Part shown: in pieces, positions 37,094 through 49,194 of the stretch
Numbering within the stretch: the stretch's first letter is position 1
How the letters are laid out: every line of letters starts with the position of its first letter
Origin: Antedon mediterranea
Lineage: Eukaryota; Animalia; Echinodermata
Direction: 5' to 3'
Length of the DNA: 64,000 bases
Assembly: GCF_964355755.1 (NCBI RefSeq)
Contig: NC_092672.1
Location: forward strand, 10,106,001-10,170,000
Translations under genes and position numbers: made by a program
The notes under the pieces: generated by a model
Told to the model about the DNA's origin: nothing
Database searches by the model: none
The model's input: only the letters and a program-made list of their open reading frames with translations

Positions 37094-37863
37094 CTATAAC
37101 ACCCTGAGACTTCTTGTTGGAAACTTGCCTTCTGCAACACTCTGCTGCACAGGTGGCTTGTCTCCAACACTTGATTGTTTGGTATCATTTTCAAATTCAT
37201 AATAGCTTAAATCGTACAATGTATCTTCAGTAAGGTCTGGTATTAAAATTGTAGCTAAATGGTGCGCCTCTGCAAATAATGACTCAGCTAGTGCACGGAA
37301 TGCCTTTGGCCCTTTATGAATAATATTATTTAAGATTGCTGTATTTCGAGCAGTTGTTCCATTCAGACCCTATAAAAAAAGAAATTATGAGAAAAATATT
37401 ACAATTTGACTTTGGAAATTCATCTGTGCACAAGAGATGATTTCTGTTGTTTTTTTATAACATTTGTTAATATTTTGAAAACATAAAAGACATTCTATGC
37501 CTAGTATCCAGATTAATATGTTGGCATAAATGGTTTTTATAAAATCAATTTTTCTCATTTTTCCAATTTTAAAGATTGTAGCAAAGGAAAAAAAGTGGTA
37601 ATTTCCTAAATTAATTTATAATTTTGTAGTAAAATACTGTATGTTTAGTTTAATTACAAGGTAACCAGTATTATATTTCAATTATTTAAGAACCTGTACA
37701 TCTTTTGTATTATTGGGTTAACAATCCTACAAACCAAGAATTTTTCTTGTTCAGATGGCTTAAAAATTTGTCTGGTCACTAATTCGTTCAAGACATCAAT
37801 GTGCATATCGTTAATTAATGACATACGATTCTTTCGCAGAATCTTCTTGTGTTTAGCTTCCAT
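37094..37863 (-). CDS. CARD-only paralogue of the caspase, ~134 aa (exons 37863-37735 and 37369-37094); possible 5' half of a CARD-OB fusion
   Basis: MEAKHKKILRKNRMSLINDMHIDVLNELVTRQIFKPSEQEKFL|GLNGTTARNTAILNNIIHKGPKAFRALAESLF...KFPTRSLRVL*. Splice sites of the first coding intron are preserved; deletions of 3, 9 and 24 nt are all in frame; no catalytic exons follow. Confidence 0.75.
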
Positions 37864-38679
37864 GATTCAGTAAAATCTGTAAATAAATAATTTAATTCTA
37901 ATTATTATTAATTCACTGAATATTTTAACAAGTTTTATTAGAATGAGTTAACTTTTTGGGAACCTTATTCAATCAATATAATAATATTACCATACAGTTA
38001 GTGTTAATATAGTATAATGATGACTTATGACTTAAAAATACAATAAAAATAATACTGTACAGTATGTGTATAGATTATTCACAATTTGATCACTTAAATT
38101 AAAGAAACACAACAATATTTAAACTCTTCTTCCTACACTTACAGTATGTATTGATCAGTAACTATATTCAGTCAGTATACAGTACAGTACCTAACACCTA
38201 TAATGCCTTTCATTAATAATTATTTAAAAAGTACAAGTCAGTCACGATGAAATCAACTTTGGATGGAGCACTGCTTTTAGATACCGCCTAGGCCTAGATA
38301 CTGTAGGCCTAGGCCTAGTACACGATTATTTTTTTTATACTTTTCTTTTAATTTACTTTTTTTTTAAACCATTTGTTGTAACTGGAATCATTTTAAAAGC
38401 ATATTAGTAATTACAGTAAGTACTGCAAATGTAATCTAGGCCTAGGCCTAGTCCTACCGGCCAATCACTCTTCTCGGCTCGGGGTTAAGCTATGCCTACT
38501 AGCCTACACTAACTAAGTACAGAGGCTAGGCCTAGGCCTACTACTACTACCAACAGGGCCCAGCCCAGACAGGGGTGTCACGAAACCTAAGATCACGAAA
38601 GCTAAGACCCAAGAACTAAGATTACAAATAAACACTATAAATCTAGTATAGACTAATGTATTGATAAAACAGCATTTAC

Positions 38680-38850
38680 CTGGACCAATTCTTTAAAAAG
38701 CAAGCAAATTAGATATAAATTCAACTACTGTATTTTAAAGGATATTTTCTGGCGCGGCTTTGTTGCTTTGTTGCTTTTTCCTTTTCTTTACTCCACTAAC
38801 AGCGCCACCAACCACTAACATTAGTCTTTATGGGACGTCAAAAGGGACAT
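38680..38850 (-). promoter_or_regulatory. Duplicated non-coding exon 1 and promoter of the CARD-only paralogue
   Basis: Homologous to 25694-25860; donor CCAG|GTAAAT intact; GACGTCA site. Confidence 0.5.
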
Positions 38851-39026
38851 TATAATTCAATTGTTACAAGAGTCAAGTGTTGATGGTACTTTATGAATTG
38901 ATACAGTTACTAGCTTAAACAATTCATTTTTGTCTATATTCGTAATGTTCTAATTGTTGTCAAAGATAGTGTAGTTTTTATTATTAGTGTACAAACAATT
39001 TAATAGACAAATTCATTCATTTCATG

Positions 39027-40529
39027 TAGAATTTTGTTGGAGACTGCTAGTGTTATTGCGACTCCTTTAGCCCGTCTATTTCAGAGATGTTTTGACGAAA
39101 ATTATGTTCCTCCTTTATGGAAGAAAGCCAATGTTTCCCCTATTTTTAAAAAAGGATCTAAGAAATCACCGGCAAACTATAGGCCTGTTAGTTTAACTTC
39201 CCATTTTTGTAAATTGATGGAATCTGTCTTGAGGGATGACATTATTGATTATCTTGACTCGTTACATTTACTGAATACATCCCAACATGGGTTCTTGAAA
39301 GGAAGATCTTGTCTGACAAATTTACTAATGTTTCTTGAGAAGGTGACATATGATATTGACCAGGGTTTACCAGTAGATGTAATTTATTTTGATTTCCAAA
39401 AGGCCTTCGACAAAGTTTCTCATGTAAGGTTGATGAATAAAGTTTTGGCTCATGGTATTGAAGGTCCATTTGGCATGTGGATACAAAACTGGCTTAGTGA
39501 TAGATCTCAAAGGGTTGTTGTGAATGGTAGGAAATCTGAGTGGGCCCCTGTTCATAGTGGTGTGCCTCAGGGTTCGGTCCTCGGACCGGTGCTTTTTCTC
39601 ATTTTTATTGATGACATAGATTTTTCCATTGATTCTTCATTGTTGAAATTTGCTGATGACATTAAATTGTTTGGAAGTGTGCGTTCCGAGGTTGATCCTG
39701 AAGTACTACAAAATGATATTGACAAGTTATCACTTTGGTGTCGTGAATCCCTAATGAGCTTTAATAGTAGTAAATGCTATGTCATGCACCTAGGATTTAA
39801 TAATCCGAATCATTCTTATGAACTTGATGGGGTTATCCTAAATGAAGTAACAGAACAAAAAGACTTGGGAGTGATTATTGATAAATCTCTTAAGACTAGT
39901 AAACAATGTGTAGCAGCAGCCAAAACAGCTAATCGAGTTTTAGGTACTATTAAAAGATCCATTAAATATAAATCAGTTGATATGATTAAATCGCTTTATA
40001 TTGGATTAGTCAGGCCTCATCTAGAATTTGCAGTCCAGGCATGGTCTCCTCAACTAAGGAAAGACATTCTTTTATTAGAAAAAGTTCAGAGGAGAGCAAC
40101 TAGGCTACCACCTAGTTTGCATGGCATGCCCTATGCAGATAGGTTAAAAGTTTTTAATTTAACAACCTTAGAAGAAAGACGACACAGAGGGGACATGATT
40201 CAAACATATAATTTTCTTTCTAACAAAGAGGCTATTGATAGTGATTTACTTTTTCAAAAGTCTGAATATACCGCCACTAGGGGTCATAAACATAAATTGA
40301 AAAAGAATAATGCTCGATTAAATTGCCGTAGTCATTTTTTTACCCAACGAGTCGTAAATTCATGGAATGCTCTCCCTGCCACAGTACAGTAGAAGTTGAC
40401 ACAACCATACTATTTAAAAGAAAATTTCAGAAGACGAGGGGGGCTAATAGAGGGCCACGACCGGCCCACCAGCCTCTTGCACCACTCATTTAGAGTGGTG
40501 TACGGTGAGTTACGGTGAGTTACGGTGAG
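39027..40529 (+). mobile_element. 5'-truncated CR1-clade LINE with a long RT ORF (39034-40392)
   Basis: NYRPVSLTS, QHGF, YFDFQKAFDKV, GVPQGSVLGP, KFADD, VRPHLEFAVQAWSP; (TACGGTGAGT)n tail; empty site visible in copy A at ~26020-26035. Confidence 0.95.
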
Positions 40530-40796
40530 ATTACACTTTATTGACTAGAGTATTACATTATACAATATCTTCTTAGCCTTTTTTGATTTATTTTTTTTAT
40601 TTTTAAAAGTTATTCATTATAAAAGTTTTACAGTTAACAAATGCAAACGATGGAAAATAAAATCCATGACAAAGTGACATTACAATGAATATATTTATCA
40701 TTACAATAAACTTCCATGTTCCTAGTTTAGGAACATTGCCAAACTGATCACTTACATAACATTAAAAAAGGAACAGAAAATTGGCATTAAAGTGTA

Positions 40797-41520
40797 ACTC
40801 CATTAATAAATTATACCCATCCATAAAGGTGGTGAGGTCTCAAATATCAATAACTATAGGCCCATCTCCATCTTGCCAACTATTTCAAAACTACTTGAAA
40901 GAATAGTTTATGATCAAACTATTTCATTTCTTACAAAGTTTAACATCCTCAGCAATTCCCAGTTTGGTTTTCGTTCCCAACATATCTACAATACATGCCG
41001 TCCATCATTCAATCCATAATATTTTGTCTGCTATTGATAATAAACAATTTACTGTAGGAGTTTTTATTGACCTGTCAAAGGCTTTTGATTGTATTTCTCA
41101 TAATATTTTAATTAACAAGCTACGTTTCTATGGTATAAGAGGTATACCACTTCAGTGGTTCGAAAATTATTTAAGTAACAGCCAGACATCAATTTACATC
41201 AACAATCAATGATATTGCCTCTGAGCTGCGGCCAGTTTCGTGTGGTGTTCCACAGGGATCCATCCTTGGTCCGCTTTTATTTCTGTTATTTATTAATGAT
41301 TTAAATTGTATTAGTGATTGTGCTGAAATTGTTATGTTTGCAGATGATACAAGTTTATTTATTAATCATAAGGACATCTACCAAGCTATTATTTTAATGA
41401 ATCGTGAACTTACTAAAATTGCAAACTGGTTAAAATCTAATAAGCTTTCGTTAAATATTAAAAAAACCAAATTTATTATTTTTCGTTCAGTAAATAAACT
41501 AATCCCCCCCCAACATTCCT
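40797..41520 (+). mobile_element. Frameshifted LINE reverse transcriptase fragment
   Basis: NYRPISILP, FIDLSKAFD, GVPQGSILGP, MFADD. Confidence 0.9.
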
Positions 41521-41571
41521 AAATTTATAATTCGGTTACATTTAGGAATATATTTAGTTATTACCATAATA

Positions 41572-42010
41572 GATTCAATCAATCAATCAATCAATTCAAT
41601 TTTATTTCTCAAATAAAAACAAAATACAGTTACATTTTCTAGAAATAATAGATAATAAATGAGAAAAAGGGTACCCCACTGGAAGCTTAAGCTTTAAAAT
41701 GTGGGGTCCAGGCAACATATTTAAAATTAAGGTAAGGTAAGAAATATATATAATTATATGATAATGAACAAAAAAGACATTTAACTTAACAAATGCAGTT
41801 ATAATTTAACTTAAGACAGATATATTATTAACTTAAACAAAAATAGTAGAAACAAGGTATTCATGTAATTTGAACTTAAATGAAGATATAAAATTAATAA
41901 TTTTGAGTTCTTCAGGTAAAGAATTCCATATTTGTGGTCCTTGAAAAGATATATCATGCTTGCCAACCTCCGTATTAAAACAATCATAAGCATAATCTAA
42001 TTTATTTCTG
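41572..42010 (-). mobile_element. LINE 3' end in inverted orientation with (ATTG)n tail
   Basis: (TCAA)n microsatellite and a GPQIWNSLP motif on the minus strand. Confidence 0.6.
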
Positions 42011-43924
42011 GTATTATAAATTATAAATATTTTATTTTATAATCATAAGCTTGTTTCAAATCCTATATAAATAATCTCGATTTTCTTTGATGAGTTCAAA
42101 ATACGCGCACACATTTTCGAACGGTATGAAATCATTCGGAAATTAAATGTTCATATAAAAATAATAGTAATATCAAATTATGTAAATAAATGATTCACAT
42201 CTTTGCCTAAAAAAAAAAAATAGTTTAGGCCTACTGTTTTTTATAAATTCAAAAGCAAATGAGTAGTGGAGTGGGTGGATCTCGAATACAAATAAAATAT
42301 ATTGCATGCCAAAAATAATAATAAATTGCAGGCCTTACTCAGTATGAGTGTTTATAATAATACAGTATATATATTTAACACCACCCCAGCCACCCGCTCC
42401 ACTTCTGCAAAATGAGGAAAAAATAATGTTTTCTACACCCAACCTGTACTCAGAAGACACGTTTGAGTGTGCCAAATGGTTGATTCAGAGGTCACCAAAA
42501 ACATCAAAACATTTTTATTTATTTATTTTGTTATCTATTTAATACAAAAATGGATATCATGATAATTATGATAATAATTATGATACTTCCTCTGGCTTGA
42601 CAATGACAGTTTTCATGGTGAAACACTCAGAATGAACCCCTTTAAAAATAATTGGGTGCTGCAGGATTTACTGATTTTCAACAACTTACAAACACAAACC
42701 AAAAACCTATTCCTAATACAAAATAGTATTTTGGTTTTTCGTTCCATTTGGAGTAATGAAGGCTGTTGAAATTATTCAATTAATTAATTAATTTAAAAAA
42801 TAAAATATTTGTATATGAAGAAAAACATCCAATAAAAATGTTTTTAAAATTTTCTTCAATAATTATATTTTACATTATAGTAAAATGATTAATAGTAACT
42901 ATCTCTAATGGTTTGCTTCTTTGCACTATCCTGTGGTGTATGAAATGGCAAAACTGCATTTTGTAAACATGGCAACATCACCAGAATACATTAAGTACAA
43001 AATACTGTACAATAAAACTAATTACAGAGCTATACTGGCAGGATAACTTAATTTTAAAAATATAATATTTGTATCTGAAGATCAACATGAACATTTCTCA
43101 TCCAATAAAAATGTTTTTAAAATTTGCTTCAATAATTATATTATTTACATTATAGTAAAATAATTAATAGTAATTAATACTATCTCAATGGTTTGCTACT
43201 TTAAACTATCCTGTGATGTATGAAATGGCAAAACTGCATTTTGTAAACATGGCAACATCACCAGAATACATTATTGCAGTAAAGTACACTACTGTACAAT
43301 AACATTACTAAACTAATATTACAGAGCTAGACTGGCAGGATAATTTAATTCAACAAAAAACATGGCAATTTTTTAGAATCTTTTCTTTTAAAACATAACC
43401 TGTACATAAAAAAAAACTAAACATAATTAAGCGTTTTCATTACAACACAAGCATCTAGAAACAGCGATAATGTGTATCTAGTGCGGCGGCCCATACAAAT
43501 TAGCGCGACTAAAATAAAACATGACTGATATCAACCGTAACTAATATGATAAAAAGCGTATCTAGCTAATGCTGGACTGAAATGTCCTGTATTTGTCTGC
43601 CTCTCCCGGCCCCACCCTTAGATCTGTTTGTATGTTTCCTACAATGCTTACATACATAAGCACTGAATCAATATTGATATAAATCTTTTGTAAAAATAAT
43701 GAAAGGTTCTATGGTATTTCTTGCATTTTTAATAAAACGAAAAAACTATGCAATTTGTTCATGATTTAGTATGAAAAGATATAATCTATAATTTAAAAGC
43801 AGTTGAACAATACAACACAACTTAAATTGATTACAACATTCCCAGTGTTTTAGTGGATACACGTTCCTATAAGGTATTGTGCTCTTGTTGTTGCCCATAA
43901 CAGGAAAAGCAATCCACTGAAACT

Positions 43925-45826
43925 TAATGACGAACGATGCTGATTGTTGTTACTTTAGTTCTGCTGGTCTGCTGTTACGTTGCACTCGACTGGAAATAAA
44001 CTTCTGAATGAATCGATGCCTAGTGACAATGATTTAAACACTTCATGATCACAAATGAGCTGTTTGCATTCTTTTGTTAATAACACCATATGTTCACTGT
44101 CGAAGAAAATGAAAAATAGTAAAGTATGAGAACTTTTGAAATAATTTAAACACGGGTAATGTTTACAGTATGAGCGGTCTAAAAGTTTCATTTAAAATGT
44201 GTAGAAAATTGGTATATAAGAACTCTAGTATTAAAGATGTATTGTTCCTAAAAACACAGAAAATGAAGATTAATATAAAAACATCTACAAAATTACAAGA
44301 TAAAATTATCTTCTTGACTTCCTGTTGTACTGGATGATACCGGAGGGAATAAAGGATTTAGCAAATCGATTTGTTTTCACACTGAGGAGCCTCAATCTAC
44401 CACTTGGATTAAGTTGGTCTATGATCACTTTGTGCAGAGGATGAGAGGCATGCGTTCAAAATCTTTCTGGAGGCGTTCTATGTGCACATCGGTAAAGAAA
44501 GGCAGTTCCAGACCAATCAAATCCCAATTGGCTGCTGACAGCCAATTTTACCATTTTATGGTTTAAATTACACTTGTTTTTAAGGTAAATATATATTTTT
44601 TTTTCGATCTAATTTTTTGTAAAAGTGAATAACTATTATTATGTAACAATAAAATTGCTTATTCAACAAAAAAAATTTTTTTCAGGGGGACAATACATCT
44701 TTAAAAGTCTATCCACAACACCAATATGAAACTGCAAAATGGGACATCACCTAACCTGCTCAGTAAACTTAGATTTACATAAAGCAATTGGCTACAACCA
44801 GATGGATGCTTTCTATATGCTATTGTGAATATGCCCTTGGAATTCTTGTAAAGTGTAAACACATAAATAGAGGAGCAGGGCATTGATAAGATCATATATG
44901 GCAAACAGGTAGCTGTAGCAATGTTTTAAACACTTTATGAACACAAAGAACTCTAGAATTAAAAATGTATTGTTCCCCAAAAACATGGAAAATAGGCCAT
45001 TTGCAGCTTTAATAGGGTATTGCTAAACTGCGCAAACCTAAAAAAACCTGCGCAAACCTCCTCCAAATCACTTATTATTGGTTCTATCATGACAAGGACT
45101 ATCATAGCAAGTAATTAATGAAAAAAAAAATGAGGAGGAGGTTTGCGCAGGTTTTTTTTCAGGTTTGCGCGATTTACACTGTAAAATCTGACATTTTACC
45201 CAAAAAAATGATGGTTTTCGCCAAAAAAAAAAGCCAACTTACAGCAATTTCATAATTTTGTTTTCATAAATTATTTGCTATGATAATCCTAGTCATGATA
45301 GAACCAATAATAAGTGATTTGGAAGAGGTTTGAGCAGGTTTTTTTTAGGTTTGCGCGATTTACACTGTAATATCTGACATTTTTACCCAAAAAATGATGT
45401 TTTTCGCCCCACTTACAGCAATTTCATAATTTTTTTTTTCATAAATTACCTGCTACGACAGTCCTGGTCATGATAGAACCAATAATAAGCCATTTGGAGG
45501 AGGTTTGCACAGGTTGTTTTTTAGGTTTGCGCTTGGTTTGCGTAGTTTAGCAATACCCCTTTAATAAAATTAATCACTTTAGTTGAAAAAAAACACTTTG
45601 TTTTCAATAATAAAAAGACAAAATAAACAGAAGAGGATTATTGAATGATTATTGAATGAATGATAAATAAATCTGCAATTGTAATATAAATACAGGTCAT
45701 ATTGTTTGTATCATTGTTTCAGACTACAGTATTTAGTTTAGCGAATAAAACTTACACTGTGGGATCAATACCATCGATGTTTTGTTTCATAACTGGAATG
45801 TTTTTGTCGGGTGGTTTAGACAGGTT
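43925..45826 (-). pseudogene. 3' remnant (last two exons, 45826-45756 and 44096-43925) of a second OB-fold gene copy
   Basis: Paralogous to 29816-29746 and 29299-29128. A 1-nt insertion gives a premature TAA at 43955. Upstream exons were not found; LINE sequence starts after ~46630. Confidence 0.75.
45013..45560. mobile_element. TTAA-flanked TIR MITE (Kolobok-like) with ~170-bp internal repeats; related remnant at ~35250-35520
   Basis: GGGTATTGCTAAACT...AGTTTAGCAATACCCCT flanked by TTAA. Confidence 0.75.
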
Positions 45827-45944
45827 CTGTAGTACAGTAATTGCAAGCAAAACAAAATTATTATCAATATGTTAAGGAAACGTGTACTTCGGGAGCCTGG
45901 GATGTAATTACTTCGAGAGAAAAGAATGTAACTGTCTAGAATGC

Positions 45945-46630
45945 AGCCTAGGTTTTAATTATGCTAGTCTAGGATGTAATTATAATGTTAGTCTAACATG
46001 TAATTAAAATGTTAGTCTAAGATGTAAATTATAAAGTTAGTTTAGAATGTTTATAATATATAAGTCTAGGATATAAATATAATGTTGGTCTAGGTTGTAA
46101 TTATAATGTAGGTAGTCTAGAATGTAATTAAAATGTTAGTCTAGGTTGTAATTATAATGTTAGTCTATGTTGTAATTATAATGTAAGTAGTCTAGGATGT
46201 AATTATGTTAGTCTAGGTTGTAATTATAATGTAGGTAGTCTAGGATGTAATTATAATGTAAGTAGTCTAGGATGTAATTATGTTAGTCTAGGATGTAATT
46301 ATAATGTAGGTAGACTAGGATTTAATTATGTTAGTCTAGGATGTAATTATAATGTAGGTAGTCTAGGATGTAATTATGTTAGTCTAGGTTGTAATTATAA
46401 TGTAGGTAGTCTAGGATGTAATTATAATGTAAGTAGTCTAGGATGTAATTATGTTAGTCTAGGTTGTAATTACAATGTAGGTAGACTAGGATTTAATTAT
46501 GTTAGTCTAGGATGTAATTATAATGTAGGTAGTCTAGGATGTAATTATAATGTAGGTAGTCTAGGATGTAATTATAATGTAGGTAGTCTAGGATGAAATT
46601 ATGTTAGTCTAGGTTGTAATTAAAATGTAG
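45945..46630. repeat. Paralogous minisatellite in duplication copy B
   Basis: Same unit and same position relative to the OB exon. Confidence 0.95.
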
Positions 46631-46799
46631 CCCTATGTGTCAACTACAACATATAAAAAAATTGGAGGCTTTTTTTTGTTTGTTTCCATGAAATTACAAT
46701 TTGAAGTTGACATACCTCTTCCTTTTAGTGTATTTTTGGTGTTGTTATACTTATACACAGTGTGAACACTAACTGTTAAGGTGTCTTATTGTTACGCTT

Positions 46800-47760
46800 T
46801 CTCATCAGGCCCACTTAAACAGTAGATATATTTTTTTACTTAATTTCTTAATACCAATACCATCCTTAGCTGAAGAAACAACAATAGATTTCCAGGATTC
46901 CCACAAGTTATCAACATTATTAAAGCCATCAGCATCCCAGTTGGAAAAGTTGTTTTCAATATTTTCTTGATACTTAATAAAATCCTGAATACCTGCAGTA
47001 TTCCATACATTATTAGCACAAGAATGATGATTGATATGGTAGTATCTAGTTCTAACAAAAGGCTATTGTGATCACTTCCTGTGCCTAGCTTTCTGTCTTC
47101 ATCAACAGATATATTTAAAAGACTCTTGGAAAAAAACGAACTGAAATTTTAAATAACCCTGCAAATAATGTTTAAATTGGTTTTTTGTTTAACTGTATAT
47201 TAATTGCTTTTAATTTGTACCAACTTTATTATTATATAAGTATAGTAGTTGAGCTACTTATTCAGTGAGACTAGATCTCTTTTTCGTCATGTTATTTTGA
47301 TTTTTGCTTTTTAATTTTGCTTTGGATGCACCGTTAGGTATTGTCTAACGTGTGCCACTGTTACTCAAGTGATTCCATTAAATTGTATTGTTTAACAATG
47401 AACTTTACTACATTATTCAACATATTTTTAGAACAAAGTACACTATGTAATCAATGGTGCTTTTCTGATTACCCTTGCACCAAGTAACCACCCCTTCACA
47501 TAAAGGACTACAGTTTAGAATAAACATATTTGAATCATCCTTAAATTGTAGTAAGCGCTTACCATTACTATTAACCTGTGGATCACCATTAGCAATGTCA
47601 TGACCAATTCTACCATTAAAGTCCCCCATTATCAGAATGAGAGGCTCATGATTTTCTGCATTATTTTTTAATTGGATAACTTCTGATAATAATTGATTAG
47701 TCAATTCATATGATTTCTCACTGTCAACTCCATCAAACACACTTTTACCCAAATTCTTGG
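46800..47760 (-). mobile_element. LINE AP-endonuclease fragments
   Basis: ILIMGDFNGRIG...NSNGKRLL...ILN...TW...STIDY, and SDHN at ~47070. Confidence 0.75.
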
Positions 47761-49050
47761 GCGTCCCTATGCTTGACGATCCTGGGCAGGGCTGTAGTCC
47801 TGTAAGACATGGCTGGCCATAGTCATGTCTGTTGTTGTTGAAACGAGGGTTTCGCTGGTGTTCAAAGTGTCGATGGTGACGAGCATTGTTATGACGTTCA
47901 TAGTGGCCTCGTGACTGTTTGGTATTTGATCTGGCAGACGCTGGTTTTATGATGGGATGGGTTCCGTTCATGTTGCTGAGGAGTAGTCTCGTTCCTGATC
48001 TCGATAGGTGTATTCCACCACCATTTAGGTTCCATTGAGCAGCAGATCCATTTCTCAGCAAGAAGGTCTCATCATTATCAATTACTTGAACATTTGTTTT
48101 CGTTGAAATTTCCTTAATGCTATTGTTCATTCGAACGACTCTCTCCTTGTGTTCCAGTTTATCAGTACGAGGGCATGTGGTGGACAAAATCACATTTGTT
48201 GTTGGTGATTTTGATTTGACGTCATTGATCATCTGTTCATAATCGCTTATCTCTTGGTGTAGATCTTCTTCCGTCGTGCAATTGTTGGTACCAATGTGTA
48301 CAATAATGGTATCAAATAATTCAGGCTTATCAAGATTGCTCTTAATATCACTCACTTTAGCACCCCGACAGCAAGTAACTTGCGTGTTTGCAAGACCTCT
48401 TTCACTAATATCCCGTACCATCGATCAGTCCCCAATTAGAAGGCATTTCTTGTTGACAGCTTTAGTTTCATTAGGTGGTTGAGGTACTTCTTAATTTTCT
48501 TTCCTTTGCAGCCCTGTGATTAATGATTTTTTATCATTTAGTTGTTTTAGAATCACTGTGAAGTCTTCGGCCATCTTAGATAATGTAGCTTGTTGCTGAT
48601 TGTTTTGGCGAGTGAGCTCCTTTACTAATCTTGGTAGGGCCTGGCAGTCAACACAAAACCATACTTTGGGGTTAGACTGGGGCTTCTGGTTTAAGCATAC
48701 TCGATGATACTGTTCATTACATAAACAACATTCCATCGTCTTCCCATTGCTCGCATTAAAGCTAAGTTTACATGATCCTACTATGCACTTAAATGACTTA
48801 ATTGTAGACGTAGTGACATTTTGTGAACTCCTAGTAGAAGACTTATGCGACAACTGATCTTTTCTAGACTTATGTGGCGAGTTCATATCCTTATGTGGGC
48901 TAACTTGGTGAGCCATGGCGGTCTGAGTAATGTTATAACAAAGGGCTGCAATGTGCAACAAAAGCCTAGCTTGATACGCCCAATCACTGGTGTCAATGAA
49001 TTGTGTTAGCTTAGCTGAGCCTAGCAAAGCACCAAAAACATATCACTGAT
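47760..49050 (-). mobile_element. LINE ORF1 (PHD finger, coiled coil, SGNH esterase), CR1/L2 group, disrupted
   Basis: MECCLCNEQYHRVCL...WFCVDC PHD; GD-x-MVR, RGAKV, HIGTN, GIHLSRSG esterase blocks; stop and frameshift near 48420-48490. Confidence 0.85.
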
Positions 49051-49194
49051 TAAATAAAATACTACCTAACTTACAAATACTGATTCAGAATCCTTATTAC
49101 CTTCTCTTCATGATGATACAAAATTTGACTATGTAGTATGAAGGTAGGTTGCAAAATCTTTACATTCTGTGCAGGATATTTTTGCACTTGTGTG

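Larger units (their letters stand above)
37080..46630. repeat. Tandem segmental duplication, copy B (copy A ~20570-30445)
   Basis: Collinear identity across exons, introns, intergenic DNA and the same minisatellite, e.g. 26330-27050 vs 42325-43370 and 28910-29440 vs 43680-44235. Confidence 0.92.

Noticed and set aside
35754-37103. Fusion via the GT donor at 37103 to the acceptor at 35754
   Set aside because: The phase-0 join gives an immediate TAA, so this route yields only a CARD-only product
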